A stretch of DNA of 64,000 nucleotides from Dehalococcoidia bacterium (GTDB lineage: Bacteria; Chloroflexota; Dehalococcoidia; Lucifugimonadales; Australimonadaceae): assembly GCA_965248065.1 (NCBI GenBank), contig OZ252088.1, positions 1,827,343 through 1,891,342 of the forward strand, given 5' to 3'. Within the stretch, counting starts at the first letter, position 1; each line of letters begins with the position of its first letter. A model generated the notes under the pieces. It saw only the letters and a list, made by a program, of their open reading frames with translations. It had not been told where the DNA came from and did no database searches. Below are positions 57,756 to 64,000 of the stretch, one piece after another. The position numbers and the translations under genes were made by a program.

Positions 57756-58779
57756 TGAATCCACAAACGAAGTGCAACACCAGATTAGGGTGTTGCCATG
57801 GAATACAGACAGCTCTGCATTGAGGAACGGTGTGAGATTGCCCGCTTACGCGCCAAGGGCTCCTCGGTCCGGCAAGTCGCTACAACTCTGGATCGCGCGG
57901 CATCGACCGTGGCTCGGGAGCTGAAGCGGAACGCACTGCGAACGGACGGGTACCAAGCGTCGCCGGCCCAGGAGCGTGCCCGCGCGCGGCGCTGGACGGG
58001 GGCGCGGCTGGAACGGGACGAGGAGTTGCGGGAGCGGGTCTTGGCGGGCCTGAAGTGGGGGTGGTCGCCGGAGCAGGTCGCCCATGAGATGCGCAGAGAG
58101 GAGGGCCGGACGGTGACCTCGGACGAGAGCATCTACCGGTTCGTCTACGCCCAGGCCGCGCGGCACAAAGACCATGATTGGCGGCGCTACTTGCCGAGGG
58201 CGAAGTGGAAGCGGGGGAGGCGGGGCCGCAGGGGGGGAAGCTCGGTTTCCTTCATTCCCCTCCGCCGACCCGTTGCTGAGCGGCCTGCAGCGGCGGCCGA
58301 CCGGCGGACCTTCGGGCACTGGGAGGCGGACACGATGCAGTTCGGGAGGTCGGGAGAGGTGGTGTTGGCCCTGCAGGAACGCTCCTCGCGCCTCTTGCTC
58401 CTCGCGCGTGCGCCGTCGAAGGAGGCGGGGCCGATCGCGGAGTCCATCGCCCGGATGCTGGGGCCGTTGCCGCCGGAGTTTCGCCAGACGGTGACCTTCG
58501 ACAATGGGACCGAGTTCACCCGTCACTACGAGCTCCACCGGTTGGGCATCGAGACGTTCTTCTGCGACACGTACTCGCCGTGGCAGAAGGGGGGAGTGGA
58601 GAACGCGATCGGCCGGCTGCGGCGGTTCCTGCCGCGGGGGACGAATCTGGGGGAGGTGTCGGATGAGCGGTTTGCGCTGATCGGGCAGGCGTACAACAAT
58701 ACGCCGCGCAAGTGCCTGGGCTACCGGACACCGGCGGGGGTCGTCGAGGAGCAGGTGTTGCACTTCAAATGTGGATTCA
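57756..58779 (+). mobile_element. IS30 family element copy 4
   Basis: Same TIRs and length. Confidence 0.95.
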
Positions 58780-59603
58780 CCGTGGCGAGGCTGCGGGCAC
58801 TAGGATGCGGCCCCAATCATGCCGGCGACCTCGCTTGCGGTGCGCACTCTCGCCATGAACGGGAACATGCGGGTCATAAGCTGGTCGTGATTGTCCTGGT
58901 TCCCGGCTCGGCAGGCGTCGCTGACGATGACGAGGTTGAAGTCCATGTCGCGGGCGGAGTAGGCGGTGGAAACGATGCCGACGTCGGTCGCGCCTCCGCA
59001 GAGGATGATGGTGTCGATGCCGCGGGTGCGAAGGCTGAGCTCAAGGTGCGTCTGGTAGAAGGCGCTCCAACGGTGCTTGGCGATGAAGTAGTCGTCGGGG
59101 CGAGGGTCGAGCTCGGGGATGACCTGGGAGCTCCAGTCGCCCGCGTAAATCATGAGGTAGGGCTTGAAGGGCCTGTCCTCGGGATCGGGCCAGGGCGTCC
59201 CGCGGACGTCGGTGTCGTTGTAGAGGAGGGCCGAGTCCTTCCCGTCGTGGCGGTGGTCGGCGCGGGCGAAGTAGACGGGGATGCCGGCAGAGCGGGCGGC
59301 GTCGAGGACAGCGCGGCAGTTGTCGACCATGGGCTTGGCGGCGGCCCAGTCCTCCTCCGTGCCTGCGTGGAAGTAGGCGTTGAGCATGTCGAAGAAGAGG
59401 AGCGCGGTCTTATTGGGGTCGATCGAGGCGTAGCTCATGGCGGCCCTCCTGAGGAGGCTGGTTGTGGGGCCACTATACGCCCGTCCGGACTAGGCAGGCG
59501 GGGCGCGGCCCGCTCTCTAACTCTCCCCCGTAGACGGTGGAGTCTGCGCGCCGCCGCCTCTCCTCCCCCGCGGGTGGAACCACCCCTAGCCCCTCCTTCG
59601 TAA
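57798..59603 (+). CDS. IS30 transposase with long read-through extension
   Basis: DDE motifs; frame continues antisense across the neighbouring gene. Confidence 0.8.
   Translation: MEYRQLCIEERCEIARLRAKGSSVRQVATTLDRAASTVARELKRNALRTDGYQASPAQERARARRWTGARLERDEELRERVLAGLKWGWSPEQVAHEMRREEGRTVTSDESIYRFVYAQAARHKDHDWRRYLPRAKWKRGRRGRRGGSSVSFIPLRRPVAERPAAAADRRTFGHWEADTMQFGRSGEVVLALQERSSRLLLLARAPSKEAGPIAESIARMLGPLPPEFRQTVTFDNGTEFTRHYELHRLGIETFFCDTYSPWQKGGVENAIGRLRRFLPRGTNLGEVSDERFALIGQAYNNTPRKCLGYRTPAGVVEEQVLHFKCGFTVARLRALGCGPNHAGDLACGAHSRHEREHAGHKLVVIVLVPGSAGVADDDEVEVHVAGGVGGGNDADVGRASAEDDGVDAAGAKAELKVRLVEGAPTVLGDEVVVGARVELGDDLGAPVARVNHEVGLEGPVLGIGPGRPADVGVVVEEGRVLPVVAVVGAGEVDGDAGRAGGVEDSAAVVDHGLGGGPVLLRACVEVGVEHVEEEERGLIGVDRGVAHGGPPEEAGCGATIRPSGLGRRGAARSLTLPRRRWSLRAAASPPPRVEPPLAPPS
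58800..59438 (-). CDS. isochorismatase family cysteine hydrolase
   Basis: TALLFFDM, KHRWSAF, GGATDVGI (usual Cys replaced), AYSARD. Confidence 0.88.
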   Translation of the reverse strand: MSYASIDPNKTALLFFDMLNAYFHAGTEEDWAAAKPMVDNCRAVLDAARSAGIPVYFARADHRHDGKDSALLYNDTDVRGTPWPDPEDRPFKPYLMIYAGDWSSQVIPELDPRPDDYFIAKHRWSAFYQTHLELSLRTRGIDTIILCGGATDVGIVSTAYSARDMDFNLVIVSDACRAGNQDNHDQLMTRMFPFMARVRTASEVAGMIGAAS

Positions 59604-59771
59604 GGAGGGGAACGGGAGAGGCTTCTCGGTGACGAGGGGAAGTTTGCGCGCCGCCGCTTCTCCTCCCCCGCGGGTGGAACCACCCCTAGCCCCTCCTTCG
59701 TAAGGAGGGGAACGGGAGAGGCTTCTCGGTGACGCGGGGAAGTTTGCGCGCCGCCGCTTCTCCTCCCCCGC
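59545..59771. repeat. 100-bp tandem duplication (x2.3) containing the CCCCTCCTT.GTAAGGAGGGG palindrome
   Basis: TAAGGAGGGG at 59601 and 59701; same palindrome at ~11530 and ~37160. Confidence 0.9.
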
Positions 59772-59904
59772 GCTTCGCTGCGCTCGCACGTCCCCTCCCG
59801 CAGACGGGAGGGGATTTTCAGAAGCAATGACGGCCCCCTCCCTAACCCTCCCCCGTCTGCGGGGGGAGGGGATTTCGAGGCAATGGCCGACGTCAGCGCG
59901 GGGG

Positions 59905-61206
59905 CTAGGCGGTCGGGGCTGCTTCCCAGGGCGGGGCCTCGGCCCACGGCTTCAGGAAGGCCTCGATCTCCTTGACGTGCGCGTCGCTCTGGCCCGCCTG
60001 GGAGGGCACGAACTTGGCCATGCGCGCGGGGTTGTTCATCGACGGCCAGTGCTCGAGCGGGAGGTTGATGCACTCGTTGATCTTGGGGTCGCGCACCGTG
60101 CCGAGCGGGTCGCCTCCGTCGGCTACGACGGTCATCTGCTCGGTGAGGAGCTTGCGGTAGAGGATGATGCCGCGGTCGGACTCGCCGAGGTGCTCGCGGT
60201 GTCTGGGGGCGATGCCGCCCTGGGTGATCCACGCGACGAAGTCCTGGTGGTTGACCAGGTCCTCGATCAGGCGTCCGTCAGGCTCGTACAGAGGGACGTT
60301 GAAGTAGGGGATGGTCTGCTGGGGCTCGACCTGCTGGCCGGGCGCGGCGCGGTAGAAGTACCAGGTGACGTGGAGGGTGTGCTCGTCGTCCACCGGCGTC
60401 CGGAACTGCATGGAGCAGCGCACCGAGCTGCCGACGAACAGGATCTGCGGGAACATCACCGGGTGGCCAACGGCCCAGTCGCCGTGGGACTCGTCGATGC
60501 CCTCGGTGATACGGCGCTTGACGATGCCGTAGTCGAAGACGTCGAACCCGATCTTCTGGTGCCGCTTGGGAAGGATGCCAACCTCGTCGGCCTTGGCCAG
60601 TCCAAGGCGCACGGCCTTGTCGTGCTGCTGGCGCACGCCCCAATAGCCGTGCAGCCATTCGAGGTGCACCGGGTCCAGGGAGTTCTCCATGCACTGGAGC
60701 CAGTTGCAGGGCAGCGGCGCAAGGGCGACCTCGCTCCAGCCGTCCTCCCAGGTAAAGGGCTCCCAGTTCGGAAGAAGGGGCGCGGGGGCCGGGCCCATGT
60801 ACGCGAAGATCATGCCCGCCAGCGACTGCACGGGGTAGCCCGCAATCTTGACCTTCTCCTTAAAGCGCCCGTCCGGGTGGACCGTTTCCTCGAAGGGCTG
60901 CTCGATGCACTGGCCGGTCTCGTCCATCATCCAGCCGTGGTACATGCAGCGCAGGCCATGCTCCTCGGGGATGCCGTAGGAGAGGTCGACGCGGCGGTGG
61001 GGACAGAAGCGGTCGATGAGGCCGAGCGTGCCGGACTTGTCCTTGTAGAGGACGAGGTCCTCGCCGAGGAGGCGCACCGGCTTGGTGGGTTTGTCGTCGA
61101 GCTCGCCGACGGCGGCGATGGGATGCCAGTAGCGGCGCATGAGCTCGCCCATCGGCGTGCCGGCGCCCACCCTCGATAGCTTGTCGTTCTCCTGGATGTT
61201 GAGCAT
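59905..61206 (-). CDS. Rieske non-heme iron oxygenase alpha subunit, paralog
   Basis: CPHR..CMYHGW; ENSLDPVHLEWLH. Confidence 0.92.
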   Translation of the reverse strand: MLNIQENDKLSRVGAGTPMGELMRRYWHPIAAVGELDDKPTKPVRLLGEDLVLYKDKSGTLGLIDRFCPHRRVDLSYGIPEEHGLRCMYHGWMMDETGQCIEQPFEETVHPDGRFKEKVKIAGYPVQSLAGMIFAYMGPAPAPLLPNWEPFTWEDGWSEVALAPLPCNWLQCMENSLDPVHLEWLHGYWGVRQQHDKAVRLGLAKADEVGILPKRHQKIGFDVFDYGIVKRRITEGIDESHGDWAVGHPVMFPQILFVGSSVRCSMQFRTPVDDEHTLHVTWYFYRAAPGQQVEPQQTIPYFNVPLYEPDGRLIEDLVNHQDFVAWITQGGIAPRHREHLGESDRGIILYRKLLTEQMTVVADGGDPLGTVRDPKINECINLPLEHWPSMNNPARMAKFVPSQAGQSDAHVKEIEAFLKPWAEAPPWEAAPTA

Positions 61207-61463
61207 GGTCGGTCTCCTATTCAACGCTGACGGGCCGAATGGCGGGATTGTAGCACTGCTGCGCAAGCGTGGGCGCTGCTCCGAGCGCGAATGTCCCCGG
61301 ATGTCCTCGCCCGCGCACTCGTGCGGCGGCAGGCGCTACGAGCACCGGGCGGCGCGTTCTTTCCTAACGGTCTCATTTGGTCTCATTTAGTCTCATTTCA
61401 CTCGTAAGGCCTCCGCTCCAACCCTCCCCCCGGATGGCGGAGGGGATAAGGCTCCAGGCAGAC

Positions 61464-61504
61464 ATGGTAGGGGGAGCGGGGCGTTGGCGGAAGGGGCAAA
61501 TGTC
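61464..61504 (-). promoter_or_regulatory. conserved promoter-like module copy D
   Basis: GACATTTGCCC-1nt-TTCCGC-17nt-TACCAT, followed by TTACGAGTGAA and (AAATGAGACY)x3. Confidence 0.55.
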
Positions 61505-61560
61505 GCGGTGGGGGTTAGCGGTCGAGCGAGACTTGACGCGGACGGAATACAAGCTCATGG

Positions 61561-61670
61561 GGCTATCGCCCTCTCCGATGCGGAGAGGGCGATAGCCTGT
61601 TCAGAGCCTGCCTCAACTTGGTCGCTCAATAGGCGCTTAACTCCCATCTTTGGCAGGCTCTGAACAGGCT
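61561..61670. repeat. two abutting perfect inverted repeats at the CRISPR boundary
   Basis: 17-bp stem 61561-61597; 19-bp IR AGCCTGTTCAGAGCCTGCC at 61594-61612 / 61652-61670. Confidence 0.85.
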
Positions 61671-61696
61671 GCGTTACACTCTTTCTTTCTATGACA

Positions 61697-61799
61697 GTTG
61701 CGGTTGTCCCCCAATCTCCCATCGGCTAAACTCTTCTACTGTCAATCCCACTCACCATAGTGGGTTGCGGTTGTCCCCCAATCTCCCATCGGCTAAACT
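61697..61799 (+). CRISPR. type II-C mini-array: 2 identical 36-bp repeats, one 31-bp spacer
   Basis: GTTGCGGTTGTCCCCCAATCTCCCATCGGCTAAACT at 61697 and 61764, 75 bp downstream of cas2. Confidence 0.88.
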
Positions 61800-61873
61800 G
61801 CGTCGGCCCGGCTAGCCCATGATGAGGCTGGCCAGGCTGGCGTGGGGCGGCGAAAAAACGAAGTGCCTGTGTT

Positions 61874-62200
61874 TCAGAAGAGCGCGTACTGCTCTGGATT
61901 TCTGTTGGCTGGTCGGCGCACCGGCCCGTTGAAGCTGACGATGTTCTCGTACTGCTTGTCCGTGAAGTAGAGGATCTGCACATTGCCTGCCCGCGGTAGC
62001 GCGGATTGTACGCGGCGGGTGTAGACCTCCGCCTGCTCCTTCCCCGCGCAGAAGCGCATGTAGACGGAGAACTGACACATGCCGAACCCCTGGTCCAGCA
62101 GGAACTGGCGGAACTTGGTTGCCGCCCGCCGCTCTGATTTCGTCACCACCGGCAGGTCGAAGATCACCATCATCCACATGAGCCGGTACCCGGAGAGCAC
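61874..62200 (-). CDS. cas2: CRISPR-associated endonuclease Cas2
   Basis: MVIFDLPV, FRQFLLDQGF..QFSVY, TDKQY. Confidence 0.95.
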   Translation of the reverse strand: MLSGYRLMWMMVIFDLPVVTKSERRAATKFRQFLLDQGFGMCQFSVYMRFCAGKEQAEVYTRRVQSALPRAGNVQILYFTDKQYENIVSFNGPVRRPANRNPEQYALF

Positions 62201-62209
62201 GGGCGCTCC

Positions 62210-63127
62210 TCATTCCGTCTCATGGGCCGAATCCGTCAGAGGCTTGCCGGGGAAGACGAGCGCCGGGCTCCGAGCTTCGTAGGATTGCGCCGTTGACTGC
62301 GCGGCACGCTCGATGCAGGTCTGCAAGGGAGTGGTCCCGCGTTCCGTGCGCATGTCCATGACGAGGACGCCCGCGAGGGCACGTTTTGTTTCGCTGGTAA
62401 TCTCCTGATGCCCCGTCGCGGTCAGACGGACGACTGTAAAATCAACGACCGGCCTGAACGGCTCCATGAGGTCGTCCACGAGGCAGAAGGGGTTCGAGCG
62501 GTTGCTGTGGTGGATGCCGACGGAGGGATGAAGACCGGCCGCTGCGACGGCGCGGGCCACGGCGGCGCGGAGAACGGTGTAGCCGTAGTTGAGGAAAGCG
62601 TTGGCTCCTCCGGCGGAGCGGTCGCGGCGGAAACCGCTTCCGAAGAGCAGCGGCCAGTAGCGCCGCGCGGCTTGGGCTTCGATGTTGTCGGGGTCGCCCG
62701 AGCGCACGCGCGGGGCGAGCGCGGCGAGTCCTTCGCCGGAGGCTTGGCAGAGTTCGAGCACGTTCCGCTGCTGCTCTATTTTCGCTCTCACGATTGCTTG
62801 CCAGAGGCGCTTGCGGAGCGGTTGGGAGGCTTCCAGCTGGCAGCGCATGCGGAGCGCCTGGACGTAGTGGCCTTCCACCGGCCAGAGCCAGGCAACGGGG
62901 AGATAGTTGCTTCCGCAGAGCACCGCCGGAATACCGCGATTGGCGAGCTCCACAAGCAAATCGTTGGTATAGGTCAGGCCGTAGGCCGTGGCGTTGCAGA
63001 GCAGCACCGCGACATCGTCCAAAGGGATGCGTCCCTGCTCCGCTCCGTCCTTGGAGACAGTCAGGAACCCTCGGTGGCGGGCGAGGCTCTGCCCCTCGCT
63101 CGCCACTTCCACGACGCGGCCAATCAT
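62210..63127 (-). CDS. cas1: type II CRISPR-associated endonuclease Cas1
   Basis: GDPDNIEAQAARRYW, NAFLNYGYTVLR, GIHH, LVDDLMEPFRP. Confidence 0.96.
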   Translation of the reverse strand: MIGRVVEVASEGQSLARHRGFLTVSKDGAEQGRIPLDDVAVLLCNATAYGLTYTNDLLVELANRGIPAVLCGSNYLPVAWLWPVEGHYVQALRMRCQLEASQPLRKRLWQAIVRAKIEQQRNVLELCQASGEGLAALAPRVRSGDPDNIEAQAARRYWPLLFGSGFRRDRSAGGANAFLNYGYTVLRAAVARAVAAAGLHPSVGIHHSNRSNPFCLVDDLMEPFRPVVDFTVVRLTATGHQEITSETKRALAGVLVMDMRTERGTTPLQTCIERAAQSTAQSYEARSPALVFPGKPLTDSAHETE

Positions 63128-64000
63128 GGCGCGCGCGGCCCCGGGTCAAACACGCGGCCAATCTCATCGACGCCCACCCTCCGGAAGCCTTGCCGCTGTA
63201 GTTGCCCTGTTCTGTATTCGGTCTCTTTCATTGGATCCTTGGGGTCTTTCGACCGGCGAGCGACATTCGCTTCGTTATGCGCGTCCAATACGATGCGGAC
63301 TCCCGTTTGGGCGTTGGTAATTTTCCGCACGCGCACGATGCGGCGATTCTCTCCCTCGCCCAGCGCGCCCATGTCGTCAATGTGCAGCCGCATGAGCCGT
63401 TTCGCCGTGGAGTCGGGCCTTCCAGACTTGTCCGTAGGGCGGAACTTCTCGATGGCGAATCCCGGCTGATTGAACTCGAACGTGGGCACGACAACGGTTC
63501 TCCAACTGCCGTCGCGCATCCTCCAGGCGTCGGCGAAGGCATTGTCGCCGCGTACATAGCCCTTGTAAGCCTTGCCTGCCTTATCCTTGATGGAGATGAC
63601 ACTCTGCTTTTCGACGACGCGCACGCGCCGGACGTAGTGCCGCTGCCCACGCAGCAGTACGCCATCGCTGCTTACGCGCTCGAAAAAGTGTGAACCCTCC
63701 AATCGCTTGCGCTCCTTCCTCTCTTCACGCGCTGCCTGCTCGCGGTTTTCTTTATCGAGCGCCGGTTTCTGCGCAACAACCTGGTCCCAGATTTTCAATA
63801 ACGCCTCTTGCAACTTAGGGTCCCGCACGGATTCGAGGTCTTTGCGCTTGTCGACGCTCTCCAGCTTGATGCGTCTAACGACCTTGATGCTTCCTCCGTC
63901 CGGTTTTGGGTCATCTAGTAGACCGTAGGCCGTTGCCTTGTGCAGCTGGCCTGTAGTCTTTCCCGCCACGCCCCGCGTGCCGTGGTCGGGCTTGTAGGAA
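63124..64000 (-). CDS. cas9: type II-C Cas9, C-terminal WED/PI region (5' outside window)
   Basis: KPDHG..GQLHKATAYG, YKGY..GDN, MRLHIDD, HNEAN; overlaps cas1 by ATGA; no csn2/cas4. Confidence 0.88.
   Translation of the reverse strand, partial: SYKPDHGTRGVAGKTTGQLHKATAYGLLDDPKPDGGSIKVVRRIKLESVDKRKDLESVRDPKLQEALLKIWDQVVAQKPALDKENREQAAREERKERKRLEGSHFFERVSSDGVLLRGQRHYVRRVRVVEKQSVISIKDKAGKAYKGYVRGDNAFADAWRMRDGSWRTVVVPTFEFNQPGFAIEKFRPTDKSGRPDSTAKRLMRLHIDDMGALGEGENRRIVRVRKITNAQTGVRIVLDAHNEANVARRSKDPKDPMKETEYRTGQLQRQGFRRVGVDEIGRVFDPGPRAP

Noticed and set aside
61561-61696. tracrRNA
   Set aside because: No extended complementarity to the repeat beyond a short CTCCCATC match.

Overview
High-GC bacterial chromosome segment, most consistent with Chloroflexota/Dehalococcoidia (inferred from gene content and the stand-alone dnaN; not verified). 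Core loci: hflX (partial), an S41 peptidase, smpB, tmRNA, dnaN, acs and tRNA-Arg(UCU). Most genes are paralogous oxidative/aromatic catabolic enzymes: 2 GMC oxidoreductases, 2 bicupins, 4 amidohydrolases, 2 Rieske oxygenases, LigB/LigJ-like and dihydroxyphthalate decarboxylase-like proteins. Accessory content: four near-identical 1024-bp IS30 copies, a type II R-M pair, four toxin-antitoxin loci (three apparently damaged), an orphan terminase large subunit split by IS30, and the 3' end of a type II-C CRISPR-Cas locus (cas9 partial, cas1, cas2) with a two-repeat mini-array. The most unusual signal is non-coding. (i) Four dispersed modules share the same geometry: GACATYTGCCC, 1 nt, -35, 17 nt, -10. 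Each points into a TTACGAGTRAA-like motif and 10-11 bp phased repeats. (ii) The IS30 targets an ATTCCC-N8-GGGAA palindrome and has no stop codon of its own, borrowing one from the target. (iii) MITE-like elements with GAGACCTTTGC ends sit inside another palindrome family. (iv) A 220-bp MITE with TIRs and a TSD follows tmRNA. (v) An ~89-bp degenerate tandem array lies near the window start. All calls are by eye; no database searches were run.
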